Part shown: piece by piece, positions 1 through 12,959 of the stretch | Numbering within the stretch: position 1 is the stretch's first letter | How the letters are laid out: each line of letters begins with the position of its first letter | Source: Rhodosorus marinus CCMP1338 | Taxonomy: Eukaryota > Plantae > Rhodophyta | Length of the DNA: 64,000 nucleotides | Assembly (NCBI GenBank): GCA_029953675.1 | Contig: JAMWBK010000004.1 | Location: forward strand, 2,976,001 to 3,040,000 | Direction: 5' to 3' | Position numbers and translations under genes: made by a program | Notes under the pieces: generated by a model | Seen by the model: the letters and a program-made list of their open reading frames with translations, nothing else | What the model was told of the DNA's origin: nothing | The model's database searches: none

Positions 1-818
1 GGTTCAAACCAAATATTTTGAGGAAATGGGTACAATGTCAGAAGTGGATTATAGAGAGCTGGCAAAGCCGCGCAATACTGCAGAATTGAATTGATTTGAT
101 GACGGTTTTGGCAGGGAGCCGCAATCCCAGTGAGGCCATATATTGCAAGAGCTGTGAGCTCTTAGTCCTGTCTGGTTCAGGTATTCTGTAGCGGGGGGGT
201 AGGATTGAATGTATCACCCGAGTCGTCTCGCACCTGTAGAGATGCCACTATCAAATCCAATCTTATCGATGTAAGTCCCACCCCCCGTGCTCAAACGGCC
301 TATATTCGTCGGGGCCCTGTTGAATTTAGCCCCTCCGATGAGTTCCATTTCAACTCAGAAGAGCACAGACTTAGCTCGTTCTGTCCAGAAGTCCTCAGCT
401 GCTTCTATTGTAGATGCTGCTCCGAGCTCCCGTACCAGAATCACAGCGCTTCTGATGCAATGACGTCATCAACGATGCCCATCAGAACTTCTAAGCCGCC
501 TTTGCCTGCTACACCCCGGTGCTTTGGTACCGCACAGTAGGTCACGCCCTTTGGATCATTCGGCAAGATTGATCTTGTGGAGGCTACGTAAAATCGTAGA
601 GGTTTTTTGCTTGAGTTCAAAGCTCAAAAGGTTCCGCTCTTGTTCGGTGAATGGCCATCCAATATCATCCCAATCTTCTCGTCAGTGGACACTTCCTTAT
701 CATCGCTCGGAGGAAGATTTGTCGAGTCAGAAAAGCTTGATCGTCTCCGAATTCCAGACCTTCTCAGTCGTCCAGTTAACTATCTCCAATCCTGCTAAGG
801 CGTCCGAAACCAGTCGTC

Positions 819-1737
819 ATGGCGGAGAACGGAGAAGAAAGGCCCGTGGTGCCACCAGATTTGACTAGACTTGAAGCGGGTCGGCACGTAAACGAATACT
901 CCGCTGGTCATTTTCAACTTCAACTCGAATTCCGAACTCAGCGGATGCAAAAACCAGCGTCGAGAACACTGTCAATCCCCAAAGAGCTACGGAGGATACT
1001 TTTCAGCCGTGGCGCTTATTTTTCTCTTCAGTATTCTACACACCACTACATACTTTCAAAGACCCAAGTGAAAATTTGCCGTCCTTTTGCCCTTCAAAAT
1101 AGAAAAGCTTTTGCGCTTGCATTTCGTTTTCGCGTGCTAGTCGGTGAACAAGAACTTTGCGCCGAACTAGAATTTCTTTGGCTTGGAGAGCACCGCAACA
1201 CATAGTGGGAGCATAAATCGCATGGAGCAGCTGGAACATGTAGCCCAATCAGAGCGTAGGAAGCAGAAATTTAGCGCTACCTGCCCAGTGCCTATCTCGA
1301 GTGTCCATATTTACGACCTCCATCTCTCCAGCTTCCGAACGAATCATACTCATCTATCCACTGTGAGAGATTACGCTCTCGCAAACCAGAATGTTCCTAC
1401 CCGCACCAAGCTCCAAAGCCGTAGCGGTGGCGGAAGTGTTGTACAGTTCAAGGAAGGTTTTGTCCTGCTGAAACCAAACAAAGACCCCTAAAATAGTTTA
1501 CATCCTGAACATCATCATCCTCAATCGGTTGAAGCCGACCGCTCTCCCCCGCCACCAGAAGTCTCTGACCAGGATGATGAGGACCTGTGTCCCAATCGGG
1601 TTGGGACAAGCGCTTCGGAGAACGTTCCCTACAAAAAAAGCTACTTGTTGGCGAAGGGCAAAAGCAGCGTGGCCATGGGAGTGGAGGAGATGGTATCATC
1701 TTCGCGAGTGACAAAGGGTATCAGCTTTGCGGGCTAG
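819..1737 (+). CDS. Hypothetical protein, probably 4 exons
   Basis: ATG at 819 (MAENGEERPVVPP). Protein-like segments in ORF 1183-1491 and a final frame (DRSPPPPEVSDQDDED...KGISFAG*) can be joined through GT-AG introns. No recognisable domain, and the splice model is tentative. Confidence 0.35.
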
Positions 1738-2081
1738 AAGAAGTCGTGCAAGGAGCTTTTGTGTTGGTGAAGGACGAGGTCGCTCATCAACTTTGTGAGG
1801 GACAAGAGGGTATTTTATTGGCCGTGGTTCGATGTGATTGTTTTGACGATGGACAAGCGGCAAAGACTTGCGTGAGGAGGACGACGGCATCTTGGTCAGG
1901 GATAGTTTGTTCTTCCTTGATAAGGGAGAAAAGTGGGAAACGTGACGTAAGCTTTGAAGCTGCTCAGCACGTGTGTGGATGTATTTTGATGAATCGTATG
2001 ACGCAGTCCAATGGGGTTTTTTGTTTTTGAGGAGCACTGGACCACGTTTGGTAGTTTTTGAGCGTTCTGTATTGACCGATT

Positions 2082-3505
2082 ATGGCAGGACGTCGGGCTC
2101 TTCAGGTGAAGATCAGTGAACTGGTTAGGACTGGTGATATTGAGGGTGTCGCTGGCGTTGTAAAGCACTGTAGGAGCGATGGCATGCCAGAGGAGGAGAT
2201 CGACCAGCTTGCGACTGAGGTTTCAGCGGAGGCCTTCCTACGGTCGACTAGAGGTCCAATGCTGATGTCGTATCTCCAACGACATAGTGGATCGCCGAAG
2301 AGTCAAAGTTATGTATTCAAGGAATCGATCAAGTTTCTTCGTCGAAGTCGGAGGTTTGAAGCTATAGATACTGTTGCGGAGATAATGAAACTGAAGGATG
2401 TTCCAAAGGACCAGGAAGCGTTTCACCTTCTGATTAAAAACGAATTGGAGAATGAAAGACACGAGACGGCCATTTCCCTTTACGAGGAGATGTCAAAGAG
2501 GTAGGCCAACAGATGAATATTGCCGGTATGTCTCACTCGGTGTTTTGGACGCTTTTTTGGACTAAGCGATTCGTACGACTCATATGCTTGAAATGAGCAG
2601 GAAGTTCACACCAACGGAAATGACGGTGAAATGTCTTCTAAACACAATGCGTCACGGAAACCCTCGACTTCTTGAGCGCCAATATTTAACTCTTCTTAGG
2701 CGGGGAAAGATTACCCCAAGCGACGAGCTGGTCGAGCTGTTTCTTGCTAGAATCTGTCGGCATACGAATGGAGATTTTTTTAATATTATCAGAGAGCACT
2801 ACTTCGCGCGACAGACAACAACGGAGAAAATGGACAGCATATTCTTGGACGTCTTTTCGAGGAGAGGATCTTATCCAATTGTAAGGTTGAAACTCGAGAC
2901 GGAAAGAGTGATTCCAAGAAGCCTACCAAAGGCGAACCGCGGTCTGATAAACGCGGTGGTGTTTTGGGTTCACGCTTCTCCTTGGTTAGGTACTTCTCGG
3001 TCTTCACACAACTGTCCAAAAAAATGGTCGTCAGCCGCGTCCCGAGTTCTTCACCCATCTAATCCAATCCTTCGTAGGCTGCTACAAAATGGACAAGCTT
3101 GAAAGCTTCATTGGCCGGTTCCCAATAAGCTATGACGAGGATTTCTTCAATGCTCTTGCCAACGCCTTTGCCATGGTGCAGGATCGGCACTTTAGACTCC
3201 CGGAGATCCCGCAGAATAGATGTAAACCTGAAATTCTGGATAGGTAAGCTTCTTAGCTTCCCCCTTTGTGCTTGCACAAAGGAACACCGTTCTGTATTTA
3301 TCCTCGTCTGTCTCTGATCTCGATACTTTACCTTTCGCTTTCAAACGCTCTGCTTTTCAGAATTCTTCGGAAGGTGTATAAAGAAGAGGCTAGAAAGCAC
3401 ATGCAGAAGTGCATAAATAGTGTGACACAGATGTACGAACGGCAAGGCAAGTTCAAGGAAAAGGAGGAACTTTTGAAAGCGATGTCGGCTAAACAAAGCC
3501 CTTGA
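2082..3505 (+). CDS. Pentatricopeptide-repeat (PPR)-like helical-repeat protein, multi-exon
   Basis: ORFs 2082-2504, 2584-3102 and the end of 3266-3505 join via introns. Segments such as AFHLLIKNELENERHETAISLYEEMSKR and PTEMTVKCLLNTMR resemble PPR motifs. Confidence 0.55.
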
Positions 3506-4114
3506 TAGAGTCTTGGTCGCTGCAACGATCAGTTGTCGAGTTAAACTTGTTACTATTATTATTCTGAATGTTCAGAAAGCCGCGTCGTTGTTTTTTGTTC
3601 CCGTCTCAGTTCCTTTCTTTCACAGAAAAGGAAATTTTCGATTCGGTTAGACATCGATGTGCCATGGCATGGTAGCATTGTGATTCTTCACGACATCGAG
3701 GTGCATGGAGATCTCTGCTCAAGAAAGTTCATGAGCGGCTTTCGACAAGATCATACAGGTTGCTTATTCTGTTTGATCGCGAACACTCTGTGAACGAAAG
3801 CAAGGGGGGGGGGGCCAGCTCGGAGGTCCGCCAAGTTCAGTTTCTGGATCTCTGCGAACGTGTCCACTTGACCTACTGGAGAGGAGTCATTGCGCATGAT
3901 GATAACAGAACCGCAGTCCAAGCTGAATATCCGAGCGGCGAGTTTCAGCTTATGCTAGGATTCCCGCTGGGCTATTTTCGTATGTACTACCTGGCAATTG
4001 AGTTGTCTACTAGCCTTTCAAGCTCAGGCTGCTATGCACCGGATACGACTTAGGTCCCAGTTCCGTCTTCGGTACCGCAATTTCCGTTCGGTCCGCCTGT
4101 AAAAGGCGAATTCA

Positions 4115-5022
4115 TTACGGACCACCTCCGCCAAAGTCTCTCTGGCATATGCGAATGACTTGTGGCGCGTGGGGATCTACTAATGCTGAGGTTTCTGCTC
4201 CCATAAGTCGAATGGCACTATTGAAAAAAACGTGTGGAGATTCAAACTGGGATGAGGGCCAAAACTGCACAGTATTTTCATCGCTTGATTGCTGCTCACG
4301 TTTGCACGTCTTGTTCGCTGGCCTCGATCTCCGCGGGTAAATAGCCCTCAACAAGTTGGAAGAGGTTCGTCGCATCCGCATTCCAGAAAACTCGTCGGTC
4401 CATTATCGCTGAAGCGTTGCCATCACCGAAAATATTGCCAGCATCTGGAAGACCAGCGCTTCCATCCTGTAATCCTACGATGGCGTTCATGGCCATCTCC
4501 AAATTCGTTCTGTCCGTCTGCTATGTGCCAATCAGGCAAACCCAACTGAGCTCGGCGAATTTTGGGGATTTAAGCGACATGTTCAAGTTCCTGTTCGAAA
4601 CAACGTACCTGAATCGTGAACTCAAGCTCAATAGCCTCTGCTGGGTGCGTCAAGAACACGGCCTGCACATCATTGGAAACCAAATAAATCAAACCAAGAC
4701 GTGGTTAAAATCGTTGCATTGGAAATCAAGCCGAGTTCAATCAAGCAACCATGCGCAAATATACCTGCCCTCGTAGGAACGTCGCCCCTAGAAATGGATC
4801 TCGAACTCGCAAGCTCTGCGGAACTACCCCGCTAATTGGAATGCTTATTCCGAGATGCTGTGGAGGAACCACGGGAACCCAGATGAAGAGCAATCGTTCC
4901 TCAGTAATGAGGCACCATCCGTGGCCGTGAAGATCATATCTTCTACCGTAAACATATACGAGAGGACGATTATCCTTGAGTTTCAGGGCCCCGGATACAT
5001 CCTCACTCAACAAGATGTGCAA
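4115..5022 (-). CDS. Possible PH/GRAM-domain protein, WBP2-like; 5' end unresolved
   Basis: GWCLITEERLLFIW...VRDPFLGATFLRGQ resembles the WBP2/GRAM core (GTVYLTPYRVIF...QPVFGANYIKG). The downstream SALVDPHAPQVIRI resembles the family C-terminal AYVDPNDP motif. Exon joins are uncertain. Confidence 0.35.
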
Positions 5023-5587
5023 AACACTGGCTACTTACGTCCCGAGGCCGCTGTTTCCCGCGTCCTGGATCTGGAAAGCTTTCACCTTAAAAAAAACCTC
5101 TTCTACGCGTAAAACGCTGTTTTCTTCGATCAGCTGATGATGAAATTGTCTATTCCCGAAATGGACGTCACAAAACAAAAACCACAACGGTACACTCAAC
5201 ACTTACAAGTCCTAGCGAGAAACGCTGGAGACAATGGAAAATACTACTTACTGCCAGGACAAAAGCAACGGATTAGATTCCATCGTTTTCACCTATTTCG
5301 TTTATCCAGAAACCTCCAACATTCTGAGCACCCACTTCCTCCGTCAGTCCACTCCACCACCGCTATTAACAGGAACCCAAGAACACCTCCTACTCTGTTC
5401 TTAAAAACCCTCGGACTCCAACAGATTCCAAAGATTTTACTGTCCTTTGCTGCTTAACAATCATTGCACTCACTTTCAATAGTTGAAGAGCCATAATGTC
5501 CACACATCCTCCCGCTATCCCCACCACCTCATACTAGGCTTAGTATTAAGTCACCATATTAACGAGACATCTCAAAACGATATCTCA

Positions 5588-5623
5588 ACGGAAACGGAAA
5601 CGGAAACGGAAATGGAAATGGGA
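5588..5623. repeat. Hexamer microsatellite (ACGGAA)4(ATGGAA)(ATGGGA)
   Basis: Read directly from the sequence. Confidence 0.9.
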
Positions 5624-6571
5624 AAGAGAGTCCGGTTTTCCCCTCTTTTTACTTAATGAAAGCTTCGTTTTCAAGTCTTTACGGAATCAGTTTGACATGG
5701 GCTTTGAATGGTTTGACGAGTTGATCCTTTAGGATGGCATGATCTTTGCATGTTTCTGAAAGTAAAGCTCGAGGTGGCGGCTGGTGTTTTGGTATGTGGT
5801 ATTTTCTTGGAAGAGTACGACATGAAAGGAGTCGAAAAAAAGGTTGTGGAGAACAGCTAGGCTGGGATTTTTTTTTGCGGCGAAAGGAGGTGCATAAGAG
5901 TGTATAGGCAGAACAGGGACTTGCCGTTTAACCCCGGGGGGGGGGGTGGGGGCTTGGCCCATGCTATATCAAAATCCCTAAAACATGAAATAGAAAAACC
6001 ATGGAGAGAAAAACCGACTCGAATTATCTCTGCCCTGTCTGGATACGGACCGCATTCTGTTATCATAAGGTGTCCTCACTTGCACAAACATTAAGACAGG
6101 CGACCATATGGGACAGGGACAGGCTGTCGTTCCGTTTTCGGGACAGATTGTCCTAATGTTTCCTCGGGAAATAGGAATACTTGCGTGTGGTTGAGATATG
6201 TTGTTTGGCGAAGCTGTTACACTGCTCAGCCGTTGTCTAGTGGATCTATCGCGCGAACGAATCTGTTCTAACAAGGATATCCGTAGTTGAAGTATGTACG
6301 GGCCCGTACACCCCCCTCTTTGGCAGGTCTTAACAGTTGTGGGGTCGCGTTGAGCCTTACTGTTCGTACAGTTCATGTTTCCCTTTACCGTCCAGCCTGG
6401 GTTTATGCATTCCCACTAGAGCTTCACAAGCATAGCGTGGACATTGTGCCCAAGTCCAACGAGTCCCATCTTCCCTGGAAGAGAGTTCTTCCGGCCATCG
6501 ACCGCAGCGGAAATGTTGGGCTGGAGGAGTTGCCGTTGTCTTACGCGGTGGAGAAGCCGGCAGTACCCCCA

Positions 6572-7789
6572 ATGTCTGGCTGGGATACATTCCGGCGGTT
6601 TTTTGGTCGCGCGAGTTTGGTCTTGTTCTGTGCGATTGCGATGCGTCAACTGTTGTTCGCGTCTTGGTTCGGATCCATTGGCTCAGTGGGTGGGAGGAAA
6701 GCTAGTATTGTACCTCTCAAGGTTGGGATGGAGGTCAGGTCGGTGCCGATACTGTCGGATAATTATTCGTACTTGCTTATTGACAGGCAGAAGAATGTCG
6801 CGGCTGTCGTTGATCCCGCAGACCCAAAGAAAATATTAGCTGCAGTTGAGGAAGAAGGTGTTAAGTTGACTACCATCCTCACGACCCATCACCACTGGGA
6901 TCACGCCGGTGGAAATGCCGAGATGAGGAAAGCCATGCCGGACCTTCGGGTATACGCTCCAAAGGACGATCGTAAGCTCGGATGATGAATTATTCTTGCC
7001 GTCAATAATTCTTGCGGTCAATATTTTGTCTGCTGTCCTCGAAGACTGATTTTGTTTCGCGTCAACATCAATGTAGATATCGCATCTGCGACCGATGAGG
7101 TAGAAGAGGGAGATCAGGTTTCCGTCGTTGGTTCTGCTCACACCTTGAGCGTGTTGGGCACGCCTTGCCATACTCGTGGCCATGTTTGTTACCATTCGAC
7201 CACGGCAGAGGCTGTGTTTACTGGAGACACGCTGTTCGTGGGAGGGTGCGGTCGATTCTTTGAGGTAGGACACCCGCAACAAGCATCGTCCTGTCTAGCG
7301 CCAGCTGGGTTAAAACCGGTTTGGATTTCCTGCGAGCCCTTTGATCGCGGTGAGCTCAACAATTTCGATGCGGCATTGGGTTGAACAGGGTACTGCAAGT
7401 CAAATGCTGAAGGCCTTGGACAAGCTCGGTTCATTGCCACCACAGACGAAAATATTTTGCGGGCACGAGTACACAGTAGCAAACCTCAAGTTCGCACTGA
7501 GCGTAGAGCCTGAGAATCAGGAGCTCCAGGCGAAAATGAACTGGGCTACCGCCCAGCGCAAGGAAGTATGTTCCATGCGAATCTTCAATCTTCAGGCGCT
7601 CGCTTCTGACTTTGCGGCAAAACAATAACTTTTGAACAGGGCCTGCCAACGATTCCATCTACAATACACGATGAGCTGCAGTACAACCCGTTCATGCGAA
7701 CATCATCTAAGACACTAACAAATCTCTACGGAAGTTCTGACCCAGTGGGAGTGATGAAGCAGCTCCGCGAGGCGAAGAATTCATTCTAA
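6572..7789 (+). CDS. GLO2: Hydroxyacylglutathione hydrolase (glyoxalase II), metallo-beta-lactamase fold
   Basis: Motifs DNYSYLLID, THHHWDHAGGN, TPCHTRGH, FTGDTLFVGGCGRFFE, CGHEYTVANLKFA and C-terminal LREAKNSF*. First intron about 6972-7076. The start could lie further upstream because the frame is open from 6287. Confidence 0.92.
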
Positions 7790-7919
7790 GAGCAACTGCT
7801 CTACGCTTGCTACAGATAGCTGCGTTCAGATACTCGGGTTCGGCATGCACGATGATATTTCAATTTCTGTTTTAATGTATCTTGACCAAATATAAAAATT
7901 CAAGTGTTTAGCTAACTGA

Positions 7920-8234
<315 letters not shown>

Positions 8235-8350
8235 TCAATATTCTGATACAAAAACCAAAACACAATTTTTAAAACAATCCCTAAGCTTCCTTCAAACCTA
8301 ATCTCTCCCTTTCATCCCTCCCCCAAAACTTCCCTCAACCCATGTACATC

Positions 8351-8386
8351 TACATATATATACATATATATATATATATATGTATA
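8351..8386. repeat. Interrupted (TA)n microsatellite upstream of H4
   Basis: tacatatatatacatatatatatatatatatgtata. Confidence 0.9.
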
Positions 8387-9491
8387 CCCATTTGAACAGC
8401 CTCATCCACCTCCCCCAAAAACAAAATCCACCACATTCCATTAAGAGTCTAAAACCTTCACCCACCAAAAAACCAACTAATTTCTTCATAATTTCAAATA
8501 TCCTGTTCTATCAATGACTTTAAGAGTCACCCATCCGGCCATATCTGTTCTTTCCCATTGGATAATTCGACCTGACAGAGGCGACTTTTCAACTCAATCT
8601 GAAATATAATTGGATAATCTGGCCGTAGAGGGGGTATCGTTGGGACCCATTAACTGGAATTTTGGTATGAAAAATTAAATAATTTAGATCATACAGTCAT
8701 TATTTTATAATGATTGATTGTGTCCGCACGGGGAATATGTTTATTGGATATAAAATGGATAGTTTGTTGTAGTTTGAATTGGAGATATTTGTGACAGTTC
8801 TTGTCAATGAGGAAGCTGAAGAAAAGCTGTTCTGTCCAAAAGTAATGGAATTAATGTTTTGTTGTTCATGTTTGAAAATTGATGTCGTTTTGAAGGATTT
8901 TGGTCTTTCCTTCTCCTGATGGCTTCTAGGTAGGTAGGCGATCGGGACAGCTTGGGCTGTGGCCGCGTGATGGTTAGACCCGCTGGGTTTGAAATTGACC
9001 GGCACTGTGTTCATCGTAATATATGCTTTTTAAACGCGTGATTGGCCTAGTAGGCTTAAGAGAAACCGTTCCTGTTCTCTATGTTTTGGAGACTTGCGCT
9101 TGATCTGATTGAACTTCTTCTTCAACGTCTCGGCCTTGGCGTCTAGTCTTGCTTGTTGATGCTTTTTAGATTACCCTTGGATCTCGTAAGGTGATCGTTC
9201 CGGCCAGATTTCGTAGGTGCAGCATCAGCCTCTTGTTCATTGATCTCGCCCAGTTTACAGCCATGACTGTAACATTTCCTTCCATCGGACCATGCAGGAA
9301 CAGACCCCAAGGCTCAGGACGTCCGCCCGAGAGTCAGTCACCAGTATTCCCATGGCAAGAACAGCTGCGGGAACCCGCTGACCACGTCCGATTATCCCAT
9401 GACGATTGCAAGGGAAAATATCATATCTGAGCCTCCGGCATAGCGTGAGGAATATCAGCAACAACAACGGGTGAAAACGGTCGCCTTGAAG

Positions 9492-10919
9492 CTACGAGGG
9501 TCCGTCCTCGCTACGATCTTTGAATTCTTCCATGTAACGCTCTCGGATAGTAATGTCCCTAGTTCAGTACGAAGCACAATACGAAACCACTTGTGAGCAC
9601 GCCTGGAGGTTTGTCAACATGCAAGAGCGGCCTCACCGCGTTTCTTGTCCTCAACGCTTACCAGTCCGGGTTGGTAGCATGCACAGACGAGTGCGCGTAG
9701 AGGAACTTCTGAATATCCATATGTCCAAACGTATATCCGTTTGATTTGTCAATCTCATTTGCAACCCTCACGAGCGTGTCCTTATCCTTTCAATGCGGAA
9801 GAGAAGGTGTTCAGAGCTTAGTGCTCTAGGGGAGTTGACGTACAAGTGAAGAGCTTCCAAACCTCAATATTGAGCGGAAGGAAGTGAAGAAAATTGTAGC
9901 TTTCCAGAACATCCGCGATAGCCACGTTAAGTTTCGCAAAGCGTTGTGCTCTGGGTTGGGCCTTCAGCCTATCGAGGATGTAACCAAGGTCTGCCACTTC
10001 TGTAAATGTCTCCAGGGGAAAGTCTGGTGTGAAAAAGTAGACGGGTTGATGGTGAACTTAGATCGATCAGCCTCCAAACTCGACTGGAGAACCTCGCCTA
10101 CCTAGAGGACCGTCCTTTTCCACAATATCGATCTTCGAGAAGATGTTCACGTGTGGTAGCTCCAACTGCAGCATCGTTGTCAAACTAAGCATGAGCGCAG
10201 AAATGTACTTTCCAGGATCGCTGCAATAATGAGAATCCACTAGGTTGACTGCGGTAAGCTGCATGAGATTCAAAAAAGGAATTCTCTAGTCTTGAGATGA
10301 CTGTACTTGGCTGTGGCCTGGAATGAGACAATGCACCAGATCCTACCCTGTAGTCATGCTTCACCAGCGTTTGTACAATAGACCTCACGATTGTGGTGTG
10401 GGTGAAAAGCTCAACTTGGCCGGGGAAATCGAAGATCAGATATTGCCCTTGAAGCGACGACAAGATACGTGTACGACATCAAACCCGGTTAGCGGAGTTG
10501 AATTTTGTCACAAAGGTCCTTGGCCACAGCAATAGTGACATTAATAACATCCTACCTTTCAACGCGCGAGTCTTCTGGATTAACCATTCAGTGTTTGCCT
10601 CAAGCACTTCCATGCAGTACATAAGGCTCCCGTTTGGTCCCAAACCATGTTCCTCTGCCGCTACGCTGCTTTTCACCAATTCCTTTATGTCAACTGCAAC
10701 GTCATACGGTATATTCTCATTCGCCGGGTCCAAATTTACAACCGCGCACTGCCTATATCACGTACAGGAAGATTCAGTAAGCAGCACCATAACTGGAGAA
10801 GCGGAGATGTAGAACCTTGAAATGGCCCACCTTCCCACAGCCTTGTAAAACTGTTGCATTCCTGTACAATAAGTAGACTTTCCAGACCCAGGAGGACCAA
10901 CCACAACCTGGCCGAACAT
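9492..10919 (-). CDS. GPN2: GPN-loop GTPase 2, multi-exon
   Basis: [18 protein letters not shown] (P-loop), GLGPNG (GPN loop), [33 protein letters not shown]; last exon [12 protein letters not shown]...GPS*. Confidence 0.93.
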
Positions 10920-11737
10920 AACCATGATGAGCGTAGTCCAGTTCTTGCCTAGTTTCCAAAATTGCCACTCAACTACATCATCCAAACGCATCTCCTCTAT
11001 TCATCCAGCTCCACATTCCTTCTTTGGCCCCCAACCTTTTTCAATCGTGACTGCCAAAAGGGTATGAGAAACTCACTCCCACAGCCCGTTAGAAGTCGTT
11101 TGGCAGAACTCGAGCCATGCAGTTGTCGGTCAAAACGTGACTTGTAGAAGCTGAATCGAATAGGATACAGCTCTCTTGGAAAAAAAAAAAAAGCAGACAC
11201 AGCTGAAATCTGACTTGTTCGTTTGTTGGATGGGCTTCCTCCCGATTGCGGATCCATACCGGATTGTGGGATCTATACTGGAGATCTGATGCTCCCTCGA
11301 GATAGGGGGAAAAATGGTTTTATCGTGGTGCAGCAGCCTCTGAATTGTCATCGTGAAATTCTGTGGCATGGCATACTATGTAGAAATTGGTTATCGGTGA
11401 GGCTTTCTTTCCAGCGAAGGCCAGTTATTCCACGGTCGCTGTGTGCTGGGAAAGCTAGCCGTCGGGGTTCTAGGGGTGGGAGGAATATAGAAGCCGATAC
11501 AACGAGAAAGGAACAGGGTTTGCTACCCAGTCCGGCTTTGCTCCTCCTTGACATTCGTACACGCAGTTTATTTTCCGGAATTCTCCTCAAGCGCTTTGCA
11601 TAAGCATGAAAGCACATCTTATCCTTACATAGCAACCATTCTCAACAATCTTATACAGCAGGGCGGTTCTTCTTCTCTGGCCAAAAGAAAGAAACTTTCT
11701 AGCTTATCATACACCAGCCAGAACACAAAAAAAGACG

Positions 11738-12959
11738 TTAAACGTTCTTCACAGGAGGGCTTTCCTTTTGAGGGTCGGTTCCTCTGGAGAGCGGGCTTAT
11801 AGACGACGAGCTTTTTCGAGCGCCCTGCTCCACTCCGTTCATATCAGTCTCTTCCTCTGTTTTCGTAAGGCTCTCGTTTTCTGTCGAAACGGGAGTTTCT
11901 GAGGCTATTTTTTCATTGTACTTGACCCAGGCGAAGAGAATTGAGCCACTCAGCGCCAAGAATAGCCCGCAAATATTCGTAACTGTAACTTCATAACCCC
12001 ACGTGAAAATGCCGAGAATAGTTTGAAGCACGTTCTTTGTCTGACCGGTTATGGCGGTGGTCAACGCCGAAGTTGCCGCTGTGCAAAGGTTTGTTGTATA
12101 GTTAACCATGAAAGCCGATAAGGCTGACAGACTGAGCGCAACTATGAACCCTGTTGAATGCAGAGATTTGTCCGAGACCACTCTCTCCACTGCAACCCTA
12201 AGCTCCCCCGACAGCAATCCAAGCACGAAGCAAATTGGAAGGGCGAATAAGGACACGTAGTAGAACAGCGAGAGGGCTTTCAAGCCAGTAACCTGAAGGG
12301 GATGGAAAAAATAAGTCAACAAAGCTCATTCATATGCGAAACGATACCAGACAGCCTAGGGGCGATCTCTGCAAAGATGTGTGCGTTTGACAGGCGGAGC
12401 GTACCTGCTGGGCTTTCTTGATGTAGACGAGATTCCCGCCCGTAATCAGGTTGTTCAGGAAAACAAGGGCATATCCAGACGGGTCAAATGTCACATCTCC
12501 CAGAGCAGCAACGAAGGACCCAAATACCATGAAGATCACGGTGGCCATCACCCTGGTCGATTCCACTTTTCCGAGAACGAAGTACTCCAAAATCATAACA
12601 TTTATCGCGGACAGCCGTCTGAATGCGGAGAACATCGGTATGTTCACCAGCTTTAAGGCATAGAGACCAACAGAAACGTTGAGGATGAGCAATGTCGCAG
12701 GGATGAACAAGAAGGTGAGCTCTTTGAACGGCCTTTTGTGAATCTCGATGAGGTCTAAATATTCCAGGAGATTCACAAGCGCTACGGCCACTATCAACTG
12801 CAGCAGCAGAAGAGCAAGCGGATAGCCAAAGCCAAAGGCTGATAGGCAAGCCTTATTCACAAACACACCCAACAGCGAAGAAAACCCATAAGAACACACA
12901 ACCAGCGGCACGTAAAAGTTTCCCAACGCCAACCCCCGAAACTTTTCTAACGCTTTCAT
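11738..12959 (-). CDS. Nucleotide-sugar transporter, SLC35D/TPT-fold family, 2 exons
   Basis: About 10 hydrophobic helices; motifs VFVNKACLS, NIPMFSAFRR, SALTTAITGQTKNVLQT. One intron between KKAQQ and VTGLK. Confidence 0.88.

Noticed and set aside
7860-7919. Replication-dependent histone 3' stem-loop after H4
   Set aside because: No 6-bp stem/4-nt loop visible downstream of the stop codon.
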